Source: an uncultured bacterium (lineage in GTDB: Bacteria > Chloroflexota > UBA5177 > JANWHV01). From it: 64,000 nucleotides of DNA. Of the stretch, positions 9,890 to 19,979 are shown one piece after another. Both the position numbers and the translations under genes were made by a program. Positions within the stretch are counted from its first letter, which is position 1. Each line of letters begins with the position of its first letter. The DNA is taken from the NCBI GenBank assembly GCA_963729625.1, contig CAVSOU010000010.1, positions 896,001 to 960,000 on the forward strand, in the 5' to 3' direction. The notes under the pieces were generated by a model that worked only from the letters and a program-made list of their open reading frames with translations, was not told the origin of the DNA and did not search any database.

Positions 9890-11662
9890 TCAATCTACAG
9901 TGAGAACGGCGCTCTGCAAAGGCGCCAGGTCGAGATGAAGAGCGCCGGCTGACATGCGATGTCGCGTGCCGGACAGTACATCGCGCCACACTGGTGCATG
10001 TGGCAGGCCGCCCGCTGGCAGCCTCACCGTCGCCCCTCGACTGGATGCATTGACAGCCACGACCACCGCGTCGTCATTCCACTGGCGAAGGTACACGAAC
10101 TGCCTCCGGCCACGCTCTGCCAACAACGGCAGGCAACTTCCGCGCAACAGCGCCGGATGCTGGAGGCGAAGGCAGGCCAGCCGCCGTACGTGCCCGTACA
10201 GGTCGTGATCCTGCTTGGCGGGATCCCATTCCATGCAGCCTCGGCACCCGGGATCCGGTCCGCCGGCAAGGCCCACCTCATCGCCGTAGTAGATGTGCGG
10301 AACTCCGGCGTACGTCAGTTGCAGCGTAAGGGCCAGATGCATCTTGCGCTTGTTGTTGCCGCATTCCGTGAGAAAGCGCGTGGTATCGTGGGTGCCAAGC
10401 ACGTTCCAGAGGACTGCCTGCTCCTGATAGGGAACCCGAGCCCTGGTCAGACGGTTCACGAACTCTGCCGCGTCGATCGATTGTTTGGCGATGAAGCGGC
10501 TCACGGCTCCCATGAAGGGAAAATGCGTCAGGCCGTCTAGCTCACCGGGCCGCACGAACTGCGCAGCCTGGTACCAGATCTCGGCCACCAGGAGTGCGTC
10601 GGGATTAACCGCACGCACCGTGCCGCGAAGGTCGCGCCAAAACGCGTGATCCACCTCGTTCGCGGCGTCCAGCCTCCAACCGTCGACGCCAAAACGGGTC
10701 CAGCGCTCTGCGACACCGAGCAAGTAGCGCCGGACCTCCGGATTCAGCGTGTTCAGCTTCGGCAGTTTCGTATGGTTGCCGAAGAACAGGAATGTCGCAT
10801 CAGCTTCCGTCGCCCGCGGATCGACCGGGAACGAGGTGATCCAGAACCAGTCCTTGTAGCGCGACCGCTCCTGATTCCGAGCTACGTCGAGCCAAGGTCC
10901 GAATCTCATGCCAGCGTGGTTAAACACCGCGTCAAGTACCACATGCATCGAGCGTGCGTGCGCACCGTCAAGCAGCCGCCGCAGGGCTGTCTCGTCGCCA
11001 ACGGACGGATCTATTCTTGTGTAGTCCACGGTGTCGTACTTATGGTTTGTGTTGGCCAGAAATATCGGCGTCAGATACAGAGTCGAAACACCAAGATCGG
11101 CAAGATAATCCAGGCTGTCAATCACGCCCTGCAGGTCGCCGCCCGCAATCATCTTTCCCGTTGCTAGAGTGCCCCAGGGTACTGTACTTTTGGGATCGTT
11201 GCTAGAATCGCCGTTCCGGAAGCGATCGACAAACACCTGGTAGACCAGTCCCTCGCGCGCCCATTGTGGCGTATCGAAGACCTCGGTCGCGTGGATGAAT
11301 GCGTGATGGAAGTACCCGGCGGTCATCAAAGTACCGGGTTCGTCCAGGCTCAATCCCTCGTCGCCGTACCAGTACCTGTGCTCGCCGTCGTCCACGCGAA
11401 AGAGATACTGGACGCGATGCGTTGGTTGCGGCAGAGCTGCCTGCCAGTAATCGTAGTCCGCGTCTCGCGCCCACAGATCCATCGGCTGCTGCAGATCGTT
11501 CTCGCGCGGCATGTAGCGATCGCCCCACTGCACGATGCACTGCTTGACGACACCCAGCCTGGAGCGCAGCCGGACGCGCAACGTCGTAGCATCCAGTGGA
11601 TATGAGTCACCGGCGTGGGGAAGGTGCACCAGGCTCTCCGGATCGAACTGAAGTCGTGCCAC
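9890..11662 (-). CDS. GH13 neopullulanase/maltogenic amylase with N-terminal Ig-like domain
   Basis: YQVFVDRF, LDAVFNH, DGWRLDAANE, GTHDT, YYGDEVG, PGCRGCM. Confidence 0.92.
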   Translation of the reverse strand: MARLQFDPESLVHLPHAGDSYPLDATTLRVRLRSRLGVVKQCIVQWGDRYMPRENDLQQPMDLWARDADYDYWQAALPQPTHRVQYLFRVDDGEHRYWYGDEGLSLDEPGTLMTAGYFHHAFIHATEVFDTPQWAREGLVYQVFVDRFRNGDSSNDPKSTVPWGTLATGKMIAGGDLQGVIDSLDYLADLGVSTLYLTPIFLANTNHKYDTVDYTRIDPSVGDETALRRLLDGAHARSMHVVLDAVFNHAGMRFGPWLDVARNQERSRYKDWFWITSFPVDPRATEADATFLFFGNHTKLPKLNTLNPEVRRYLLGVAERWTRFGVDGWRLDAANEVDHAFWRDLRGTVRAVNPDALLVAEIWYQAAQFVRPGELDGLTHFPFMGAVSRFIAKQSIDAAEFVNRLTRARVPYQEQAVLWNVLGTHDTTRFLTECGNNKRKMHLALTLQLTYAGVPHIYYGDEVGLAGGPDPGCRGCMEWDPAKQDHDLYGHVRRLACLRLQHPALLRGSCLPLLAERGRRQFVYLRQWNDDAVVVAVNASSRGATVRLPAGGLPHAPVWRDVLSGTRHRMSAGALHLDLAPLQSAVLTVD

Positions 11663-11732
11663 CGGCTGCTCCCACGGGTAGACTCACCCCATGCCACGCT
11701 GTTCCGGCCTTGTCGCCGCACGCAGCGCTCAA

Positions 11733-11752
11733 TTGCTAAATCGAATTAGCAA
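11733..11752. promoter_or_regulatory. LacI-family-like operator palindrome in GH13 operon leader
   Basis: TTGCTAA-ATCGAA-TTAGCAA with central CG; weaker copy TAACTCGATTAA just beside it. Confidence 0.6.
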
Positions 11753-11784
11753 ATCAATTAACTAACTCGATTAACTGCGTTAGT

Positions 11785-11813
11785 ATGGTAGGACGCCCGT
11801 GCTTGGCTGTCAA
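11785..11813 (-). promoter_or_regulatory. sigma70-type promoter for GH13 operon
   Basis: TTGACA-17 bp-TACCAT on minus strand. Confidence 0.65.
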
Positions 11814-11993
11814 GCAGCCGGACAGGCCTTTTGGGTCCCTTCGCATCGCGTTGGGATCGAACGGTCAGTCGGCGAGACGGTGGCCTGCAAAGTGGTTGCG
11901 CGCTCCAGATGCGGTGGATATTGCCGCGAGGGGCCGTTGCGATGCCGCTATACTTGTTCCACATGCCAGCGGTCGAGCGCGAGGGTGGTGAAT

Positions 11994-13334
11994 ATGCCGC
12001 AGAGTCTCGACGACGAGTGGCAAGACATCGCGCTCCGCAGGGACGCCCGATATTGCCAGTCCGCAAGCCAGAGACGTGCCACGGCGATTGTGATCGAGCA
12101 TCAGCGCTCCAACACGACAGATAGCGGTCTCGATAAGGCTGTCCGGCGCGGCCAGTTTGCGATCAGCCGTACGGCGGTCAACTGCCGCGTGCTGGGGACA
12201 CTCATGCTTGCTATCGCGCTTCTCGCCTCGAGCGTCCCGGCTTCAGTGGCCGTGCATGGCTCACCTGCCACACTGATCGGCGCGCTAGATCTCGGCGGCG
12301 TGCGGATCATTTCTCGCGATCAGTGGGGCGCCGGCGACGGGGAGGGAAGTCCCCGATGGGTGCCGATGTTCCAGCGGCCGTTTCACATCGTCATTCACCA
12401 TACGGCAGCTGAGACCGGTCCGAATGGGTCGATAGGCGACATCACCACCATTTGGGCGTACCACACGTTCACTCTCGGCTGGGGCGACATCGGCTACAAC
12501 TACCTTATCGATCCGGAAGGCAACGTCTACGAAGGCCGCGCCGGGGGGGACAGCGTGGTGGGGGCGCACACCCAGCACTTCAACTTCGGGTCGATCGGCA
12601 TCTCGCTGATGGGCGACTACTCTGTCTCCAAGCCTGCCAAGGCGATGATGGCCTCGCTGCGAGAGCTCGTTACGATGCTGTCCAACAGGTACGGCATCGA
12701 CGCGCGCGCCACGTTCTCAGAGGATGGCGCCAGCTACCCCGAAGTCGGCGGACACCGAGATTTCAACTACACGGAATGTCCAGGAATCAACGTATATGAC
12801 CTGCTGCCGGTACTGCGGCAGCAGGTCGCGTCCGGCGTGAGGAGCGACGCGGCTCCGGGCGAAGGAGAGACCGTTTTCGTGCACTCAGGTGCGCCCGCAA
12901 TGGCGCAGCTCGTGGTGCGAAACACCGGCACGACAACGTGGAATGGCCGCTTCACCTTGCGCCTCACGGCAGGCGACGAGTATCGTGCTCTCATGCTCCC
13001 TATAGCCTATAGCGTCCCCGATGTCGGGCCCGGCGGAACGATCACCATTCCGCTGTTCCTGCCCGCGCTCAGGGCTGGCCAGGTCATCAACACCGACTGG
13101 CAGCTCTCAGACATGACGGGAAACTCCGTGGGCCAGACGTTTCCGTTTTCGATCGTCGCTCTCGCTCCCGGCTCGGTGCTTCCCACTCCGTTCCCGGCGC
13201 CTACGCTCACGTTCACGCCCATCCCTACCACCACGCCGACGAACACCATTACGAGCACGCCGACACCGTCGAACACTGTGACGCGTACGCCCCGCCCAAC
13301 CGGAACACGGCCCACGGCCACGCGACGCCGATGA
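11994..13334 (+). CDS. N-acetylmuramoyl-L-alanine amidase (Amidase_2/PGRP-like) with NBR1-Ig-like domain and Pro/Thr tail
   Basis: IVIHHTA, GWGDIGYNYLID, YEGRAG, GHRD...TECPG; RNTGTTTW; start uncertain (11799/11994/12204). Confidence 0.82.
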   Translation: MPQSLDDEWQDIALRRDARYCQSASQRRATAIVIEHQRSNTTDSGLDKAVRRGQFAISRTAVNCRVLGTLMLAIALLASSVPASVAVHGSPATLIGALDLGGVRIISRDQWGAGDGEGSPRWVPMFQRPFHIVIHHTAAETGPNGSIGDITTIWAYHTFTLGWGDIGYNYLIDPEGNVYEGRAGGDSVVGAHTQHFNFGSIGISLMGDYSVSKPAKAMMASLRELVTMLSNRYGIDARATFSEDGASYPEVGGHRDFNYTECPGINVYDLLPVLRQQVASGVRSDAAPGEGETVFVHSGAPAMAQLVVRNTGTTTWNGRFTLRLTAGDEYRALMLPIAYSVPDVGPGGTITIPLFLPALRAGQVINTDWQLSDMTGNSVGQTFPFSIVALAPGSVLPTPFPAPTLTFTPIPTTTPTNTITSTPTPSNTVTRTPRPTGTRPTATRRR

Positions 13335-13364
13335 AGCGGCAGTAGCAGTCCTGCATTTGGGGGC

Positions 13365-13393
13365 TTGACGCAAGAGAACTCTAGGCATATCAT
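13365..13393 (+). promoter_or_regulatory. sigma70-type promoter of PadR gene
   Basis: TTGACG-17 bp-TATCAT followed by AT-rich GATATATC palindrome. Confidence 0.55.
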
Positions 13394-13439
13394 AGATATA
13401 TCGAGATAATTATAGAGTGCTCGATGAAAGGTTTACACG

Positions 13440-14114
13440 ATGGAAGGTAGCGACACGATGCACGCAAGCGTACACAGGCACTTCAGGCAGCGGTTGCATC
13501 ATTTTGACCGACACGAACATGGGCCGAGGGATGCACGGCCCTTTCCACCGGATGAGGCGCCCGATGAAGCGCCACCGCACGTTATGGGAATGCGCTTTGG
13601 CGGGCCGGAAGGCTTCGGCAGGCATCGTCACTTCGGCGGCAGGGGTGGCCCCCGGGTCGGCCGGGGCGACGTCCGCGCCGCTACGCTGCTCCTGCTGGTG
13701 GACAAGCCCATGCACGGGTATCAGGTCATTCAGGAAATCGCCGCAAGCAGTGGTGGAGTATGGCGGCCAAGTGCGGGCTCCGTGTACCCGGCACTGCAGC
13801 AGTTGGAGGACGAAGGCCTGGTGCGAGCAGAACAGACGGACGGGCGCAGGGTGTTCTACCTGACCGACACCGGTCGCACCTATGTCGAGGACCGGCGCGC
13901 AGAACTCATTGCCGCGCGCGACGCCGTCACCGATAACGTCGATGGCGGCGTCGTCGCGCTGCACGACCTGTTCATGCAAGTTGGCGTCGCGATCAAGCAG
14001 GTGGCGCACGCCGGCACCCCCACGCAGATGGCCACGGCGCGGGAGCTCCTCAAGGCCACTCGCAGGCAGCTCTATCGCATTCTTGCAGGTGACGACTCGG
14101 CATCCGAGCCCTAA
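13440..14114 (+). CDS. PadR family transcriptional regulator
   Basis: RGDVRAA, PMHGYQVI, PSAGSVYPALQQLEDEGL. Confidence 0.9.
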   Translation: MEGSDTMHASVHRHFRQRLHHFDRHEHGPRDARPFPPDEAPDEAPPHVMGMRFGGPEGFGRHRHFGGRGGPRVGRGDVRAATLLLLVDKPMHGYQVIQEIAASSGGVWRPSAGSVYPALQQLEDEGLVRAEQTDGRRVFYLTDTGRTYVEDRRAELIAARDAVTDNVDGGVVALHDLFMQVGVAIKQVAHAGTPTQMATARELLKATRRQLYRILAGDDSASEP

Positions 14115-14447
14115 CATGCACGATTTGAATGCCTGCTGGACGCGCTCGATGCCCTGCTCGATACGCGAACGGCCCCCGCCTTGGCAACCGTATGGCGTAC
14201 TCGTCGGGGGTCCGGCCGCCTCCGCGCCGATTGCCCAAACAGGAAAGCTCTTTTGTCGCATCCACTCCGCGCAGTAGACTGTGCGACGAAGCGAGCGGGC
14301 CCGGAGCCGCCGGGTAATGCTGGCTTGAGAAGCGATGCGATGAACGTTATCTCGGAATCGTGTGCCGAGTGGCACAAGGAGCTCCTTGCCGAGTGATGAG
14401 AAGCGTGAGATACTTCAGGTTGTTTCTGAAAGGCCGGTAAGCTCGCA

Positions 14448-15209
14448 ATGACCGCAGCGACAGGTTCACGACGCGTAGCCCTGGTGACAGGCGGCTCGCG
14501 CGGTATTGGGCGCGCCACGGCAATTGCGCTGGCTGCAGCCGGCAATGCCATTTGCGTCAACTATCGGGATCCCACTCAGGCCGAGCTGGCGGATTCGGTT
14601 GTGGCAGCGATCGCCGAGGCCGGCGGGTACGCTGTCGCCATCGAGGGCGATATCTCGAAACGCGAGGATGTCGACGCACTGTTTCGTGCGGCGCAGGAAA
14701 AGCTTGGGCCAGTAGAGATTCTGGTCAACAACGCGGGCATAACGCGCGACACCCTGCTGTTGCGCCTGTCGGATGACGAGTGGGACGTGGTGCTGAACAC
14801 GAACTTGCGCGGTGCATTCATGTGTACAAGGGCGGCCATGCGGTCCATGGTACGAGCGCGCTGGGGCCGCGTCATCAACATCTCATCGGTCGTGGGCATC
14901 ATGGGTAATCCCGGTCAGGCCAACTACGCGGCTGCCAAAGCCGGCATGATCGGCTTCACGCGCGCGGTTGCGCGCGAAGTGGCGAATCGCGGCATCACGG
15001 TGAATGCCGTTGCGCCCGGCTTCATCACGACCAACATCACGGAGGATCTGCCGCCAGAGCTCAAGGCGCGCATGCTCGACGCCATACCGGCCGGCCGTTT
15101 CGGCACGCCGGAAGACGTCGCAGAGGTCATCGCGTTCCTTGCGTCGGACGCATCGCGCTACGTAACCGGTCAGGTGCTGAACATAGATGGAGGTTTTCTG
15201 ACCGCATGA
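14448..15209 (+). CDS. fabG: 3-oxoacyl-ACP reductase
   Basis: TGGSRGIG, NNAGITRD, GNPGQANYAAAKAG. Confidence 0.93.
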   Translation: MTAATGSRRVALVTGGSRGIGRATAIALAAAGNAICVNYRDPTQAELADSVVAAIAEAGGYAVAIEGDISKREDVDALFRAAQEKLGPVEILVNNAGITRDTLLLRLSDDEWDVVLNTNLRGAFMCTRAAMRSMVRARWGRVINISSVVGIMGNPGQANYAAAKAGMIGFTRAVAREVANRGITVNAVAPGFITTNITEDLPPELKARMLDAIPAGRFGTPEDVAEVIAFLASDASRYVTGQVLNIDGGFLTA

Positions 15210-16192
15210 TCACGAACAGACTCCGCCAAAGCGGCTCGCGTCGAGATGACAATCGTGCCGTGTTCGTGTTTCCCGGGCAGGGCTCCCAGTTCGTTGGCAT
15301 GGGCAGCGATCTGTATGAGGAGTCGGCGGCAGCACGCGCGGTCTTCGACCAGGCAGATGACGTACTGGATACGTCGATTAGCAAGCTCTGCTTCGAAGGA
15401 CCGGAGGACGATCTCGAACGCACATACAACCAGCAACCAGGTGTGCTGACCGTTAGCATCGCATACCTTGCGGCGCTCCGCGAGCGCGCCGCGGGCGTCG
15501 GGCGCAGACTCAACCCGGTGTTTGTCGCCGGCCATAGCATGGGCGAGTACTCGGCGCTCGTCGCCGCGGATGTGATGGATTTCGCCGACGCACTGCAGCT
15601 TGTCCGCGAGCGCGGACGACTGATGGAAGAGTCCAGTGTGAAATCGCCGGGCGGAATGGCTGCGGTCATTGGCCTGGACATGCCTACACTGGAGTCCGTC
15701 GTACATCGAGCGCGAGAGCTGGGTGAGATCGTACTCGCGAACATGAACAGCCCCCTGCAAACGGTCATTTCTGGTGAGGTCGGCGCTCTCGTTCGCGCCA
15801 TGGAGCTTGCGCGCCAGGCGGGCGCCCGCCGCGTCGCACGGCTCAAGATCAGCATCGCCTCGCATTCGCCGCTCATGCAGCAGGCGGCCGCTCAGCTCTC
15901 TGAGAGACTGGCGTCCATCACCTTGCGCGAGCCATACATACCTGTCGTCGCGAATATCACCGGTCAGGTACTGCAGTCGGCCGCGGACATCAAGCGCGAG
16001 CTTGGCGAGCAACTCTGCAAGCCGGTGCAGTGGACGCGATCCGTGCTCGAGATGCGTAACCTCGGTGGCCGAATGTTCCTCGAGATCGGACCAGGCAATG
16101 TGCTGTCCGGCCTGATCAGGCGCATCGACGGCACGGTACAAGTTGTAACATGTCGAGACGTCGAAATAGACGCCATATCGACGCCCGTATGA
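15206..16192 (+). CDS. fabD: Malonyl-CoA:ACP transacylase (copy 1)
   Basis: FPGQGSQ, GHSMGEY, SHSPLM, EIGPG. Confidence 0.92.
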   Translation: MITNRLRQSGSRRDDNRAVFVFPGQGSQFVGMGSDLYEESAAARAVFDQADDVLDTSISKLCFEGPEDDLERTYNQQPGVLTVSIAYLAALRERAAGVGRRLNPVFVAGHSMGEYSALVAADVMDFADALQLVRERGRLMEESSVKSPGGMAAVIGLDMPTLESVVHRARELGEIVLANMNSPLQTVISGEVGALVRAMELARQAGARRVARLKISIASHSPLMQQAAAQLSERLASITLREPYIPVVANITGQVLQSAADIKRELGEQLCKPVQWTRSVLEMRNLGGRMFLEIGPGNVLSGLIRRIDGTVQVVTCRDVEIDAISTPV

Positions 16193-17448
16193 TGGCAAAG
16201 CGATCGATGAACCCGGTTGTCATCACCGGGCTGGGTATGCTGTGCCCTGTAGGCATCGGCACGGAGGCGGCCTGGAAGGCGCTGCTGGCCGGCAAGTCAG
16301 GTGTTGCCCGCATCACGCACTTCGACCCAAGCCCTTACGCCGTGCAGATTGCCGGGGAAGTCAAGGGATTTGACCCTTCATGCATCGGCGATCCTAAAGA
16401 AGTGCGCAGGATGGACCGCTGCTCCCAACTCGCGCTCGCGGCGACGCTCGAGGCTGTGCAGGACGCCAAGCTGACTCCAGAATCTCTTGACCCCACGACG
16501 AGCGGTGTCGTGATTGGCTCGGCAGCCGGAGGCATCCAGACCGCACTCGAACAATACCGGGTGTTTCTCGAGCGGGGACCGCGCCGGCTGAGTCCCTTCT
16601 TTATCCAGAACATGCTTGTCGATTCCCCTGCCGGTCACGTGGCGATCAAGCTGGGCCTGCAGGGGCCCAACATGGCGGTGGTCTCGGCTTGCGCCACCGG
16701 CACTCAGGCAATCGGCGAGGCCGCTGAGCTTATTGCGCGCGGTGACGCCGAGGTTATGCTCGCCGGCGGCGCCGAAGCGCCGATTCACCCGCTGTTTTTG
16801 GCCGGCTTCGGTGTAATGGGCGCCCTTGCCCGGAATAACGAGGAACCATGGCGCGCGTCCTCACCTTTCACCAAGCGTCGCGACGGCTTCGTGCTCTCCG
16901 AAGGCGCTGCGGTCGTCGTGCTTGAGACGCTCGAACATGCCAGAGCGCGCGGCGCCCACGTTTATGCCGAGGTAGGCGGATATGGAGCCACGAACGATGC
17001 GTTCGACATGGCGGCCATGCCCGAAGACCCCGTGACGGCGGCTCGATGCATGCAACGTGCCCTTGACAAAGCAGGAATGCGGCCTGAGGACATCGACTAC
17101 ATCAACCCTCATGGCACCAGCACGCCGGTGAACGACCTTGCCGAGACGCGGGCGATCAAGTCCATCTTCGGTGACCACGCGTATCGATTGGCCGTAGGTT
17201 CTACCAAGAGTATGACCGGGCACATGATGGGAGGCTCAGGAGCCGTGGAGGCAGTTGTCTGTGCCCTGGCGATCCGTGACCAGGTCGTGCCGCCGACGAT
17301 CAATCTTGACGACCCCGATCCGGAGCTCGACCTCGACTATGTGCCGAACCAGGCGCGACGCATGCGCGTGCGCGCAGCACTCTCAAACTCATTCGGTCTC
17401 GGCGGTCACAACGCCACGATCGTCCTTCGCGAGGCGTACTCCACTTAG
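16189..17448 (+). CDS. fabF: 3-oxoacyl-ACP synthase II
   Basis: SACATG, HGTSTP, KSMTGH, SNSFGLGGHN; ATGA overlap with fabD. Confidence 0.93.
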   Translation: MMAKRSMNPVVITGLGMLCPVGIGTEAAWKALLAGKSGVARITHFDPSPYAVQIAGEVKGFDPSCIGDPKEVRRMDRCSQLALAATLEAVQDAKLTPESLDPTTSGVVIGSAAGGIQTALEQYRVFLERGPRRLSPFFIQNMLVDSPAGHVAIKLGLQGPNMAVVSACATGTQAIGEAAELIARGDAEVMLAGGAEAPIHPLFLAGFGVMGALARNNEEPWRASSPFTKRRDGFVLSEGAAVVVLETLEHARARGAHVYAEVGGYGATNDAFDMAAMPEDPVTAARCMQRALDKAGMRPEDIDYINPHGTSTPVNDLAETRAIKSIFGDHAYRLAVGSTKSMTGHMMGGSGAVEAVVCALAIRDQVVPPTINLDDPDPELDLDYVPNQARRMRVRAALSNSFGLGGHNATIVLREAYST

Positions 17449-17505
17449 GCCAGGGCCATGCCGGGGTCATGCCACAATGTACCCCGAATGCGCGGCGCCG
17501 GGCGC

Positions 17506-18528
17506 TTAGCGGAAGCGCGGCATCACCTCTTCTGAAAAGAGACGAATCGAAGCGAGAGAGCGGGCCGGATCGAGATTTCCGAACTGGCTCATGAAGCAAA
17601 AGTCGGTGACACCAAATCTCATCCAGGCACGGATCTTGCTTTCGATGACGTCCGGCGTGCCAAACATGACCCTCCCAGGGAACATCGCGTCAAAGGACGG
17701 GGATGGCAGGTCGGCGCGCCCCGAATCGCCCCCCTTGAGGAACGCTCTGTCCACCGCGCTCAAGTACTGGAGCAGAGCCTCGCGCGGCTCTTCGCGCACC
17801 GCGCGGTCGTCTCGAGCCACGTACAGATGGTAGTTCACCATGATCCGCGTGCTGCCGGCCTCATGGCCGGTGGACGCGAGAGCCTCGCGGTACCAGTCGA
17901 GCCCGCGACGCACCTCATCAACCTCGCGGCTATATGGGTTGAGCATCAGGTTGAATCCGCAGCGTCCGGCGAGCTCGAAGCTCGATCGGTTGCTCGACGC
18001 GGCCATCCATATTGGCGGGTGCGGCCGCTGCACGGGCTTGGGAAACAGCTCCACGCCAGTCAGGTGGTAGAAGTCACCTTCGAACGAAAACTGGTCGTGT
18101 GTCCATGCGTCGATGAGCACGGATACGCCTTCCTCAAACCGGCGCTCTCGCGAATCCATCAAAATCCCAAGAGACCTGAACTCGTGGCGCGAGAAGCCGC
18201 GACCAATCCCCAGTTCGGCGCGCCCGCCGCTCAGGACGTCGAGCATTGCGTACTCCTCGGCCACGCGGACGGCGTGGTGGAGCGGCAGGACAGCCACCGC
18301 AGCACCTATCCTCACGCGCTGTGTGCGTGCCGCCACCGCGGTTGCCAATAGAGCCGGAGACGGCACGATGCCGCCAAACTCGTCGAAATGATGCTCGGCG
18401 AACCAGACATTGTCCCATCCCAGTTCGTCTGCCACGCATGCCTCACGAATGACCGTCTGGTAGACCTGGCCGGCTGTGAGCCCGCTGTGCACGGTAGGAA
18501 TGTAGAAAAGTCCGAAACCCATCTTCAA
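17506..18528 (-). CDS. LLM-class (luciferase-like) flavin-dependent oxidoreductase
   Basis: WFAEHHF, AEEYAMLDVLSGGRAELGIGRG, PKPVQRPHPPIW. Confidence 0.88.
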   Translation of the reverse strand: MKMGFGLFYIPTVHSGLTAGQVYQTVIREACVADELGWDNVWFAEHHFDEFGGIVPSPALLATAVAARTQRVRIGAAVAVLPLHHAVRVAEEYAMLDVLSGGRAELGIGRGFSRHEFRSLGILMDSRERRFEEGVSVLIDAWTHDQFSFEGDFYHLTGVELFPKPVQRPHPPIWMAASSNRSSFELAGRCGFNLMLNPYSREVDEVRRGLDWYREALASTGHEAGSTRIMVNYHLYVARDDRAVREEPREALLQYLSAVDRAFLKGGDSGRADLPSPSFDAMFPGRVMFGTPDVIESKIRAWMRFGVTDFCFMSQFGNLDPARSLASIRLFSEEVMPRFR

Positions 18529-18877
18529 CGCGCCCTTCTGTGATCAGCCCTGGCGGTGCTGGCCGCGGTTGAGGCTGTCGCTGCTACTACTGCTGTATCA
18601 CGTGCAGGCTTGGACAGACAACTCCGCTTCGGCTGGTGCTCACTCCAGAGGAACAAGCGATAAAGAGCGCCCGCGCCCGGCCTGACCCGCGGGTCTGGTG
18701 ACGGCTGTATGCTACACTCGATGGCGATCCAGGTCATCTGCGCTCGCGTGGATGCACGGCTCCCTTCCTTGCAGGTCATCGGATGAATGGCCGCCGCTCA
18801 GACGGAACGACTTTTGACAAGATGTCGTAGCGAGATTCCTGTCCTCTAGCGAATCAGCATACGAAGGAGTGTATTCA

Positions 18878-19960
18878 GTGGCACGAGTATACAACTTTAG
18901 CCCGGGCCCATCGATGCTTCCCGAGTCTGTGCTCGCGCAAGCCGCGGAAGAGATGCTTGATTATCGCGGCACCGGGCAATCGGTGATGGAGATGAGCCAC
19001 CGATCACCGGAGTTCGAGGGCATTCTCCATGATGCCGAGGCGCGTCTGCGCGATCTCATGTCCGTCCCAGCTACGTACCGCGTGCTCTTTCTGCAAGGCG
19101 GCGCGTCGACCCAGTTCGCCATGGTTCCGCTCAACCTGTACAACGAGAGGCGGAAAGCCGACTATGTCGTGACCGGCATGTGGGCAAAGAAGGCTCTTTC
19201 AGAGGCCAAGCGCTTCGGAATTCCCCGGGTGGTCGCCTCGTCCGACGACAAGAACTTCACGTACATTCCGGACTTGACCCCCGAGATGTTCGACCAAACC
19301 GCGTCGTACGCGCACATAACCACAAACAACACGATTTTCGGTACGCGATATCGGCAGATCCCAGACACTGGTTTATTACCGCTCGTCACCGACATGTCGT
19401 CGAGCATCTTGTCGGAAGTCTACGACGTGTCCAAGTTCGCACTTATCTATGCCGGGGCGCAGAAGAATATAGGGCCGGCCGGACTCACCATCGTGATCAT
19501 CCGCGAGGATTTGATCGGAAGGGCGCTCGATATAACTCCCACCATGCTCAACTATCAGACGCATGCTGAGAGTGATTCACTCTACAATACGCCGCCATGT
19601 TTTGCCGTGTACGTCGCCAAGCTCGTATTCGAGTGGGTCATAGCGCAGGGCGGGGTAGAGGCGTTACAACGCGTAAACGAAGAACGAGCTGACATACTCT
19701 ACTCGTTCCTCGACAAATCCGGGCAATTCAAGGGCACTGCGGTGCCGGAGTTCCGGTCGCTTATGAACGCACCATTCGTGTTGCCTACCGATGAGCTAAA
19801 CAAGAAGTTCATCAAAGAAGCGACGGCGCAGGGCTTCATCAATCTCAAGGGGCACCGGTCGGTCGGTGGCATGCGAGCCAGCATGTACAACGCCATGCCG
19901 ATCGAGGGCGTCAGGCAGTTGGTGGAGTTCATGAGCAACTTTGAACATCAGAATAGCTGA
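18878..19960 (+). CDS. serC: Phosphoserine aminotransferase
   Basis: NFSPGPSMLP, EMSHRS, YAGAQKNIGPAG, GHRSVGGMRAS; AAGGAG SD before GTG. Confidence 0.95.
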   Translation: MARVYNFSPGPSMLPESVLAQAAEEMLDYRGTGQSVMEMSHRSPEFEGILHDAEARLRDLMSVPATYRVLFLQGGASTQFAMVPLNLYNERRKADYVVTGMWAKKALSEAKRFGIPRVVASSDDKNFTYIPDLTPEMFDQTASYAHITTNNTIFGTRYRQIPDTGLLPLVTDMSSSILSEVYDVSKFALIYAGAQKNIGPAGLTIVIIREDLIGRALDITPTMLNYQTHAESDSLYNTPPCFAVYVAKLVFEWVIAQGGVEALQRVNEERADILYSFLDKSGQFKGTAVPEFRSLMNAPFVLPTDELNKKFIKEATAQGFINLKGHRSVGGMRASMYNAMPIEGVRQLVEFMSNFEHQNS

Positions 19961-19979
19961 GGTCGGGCCTGGAGTGCAA

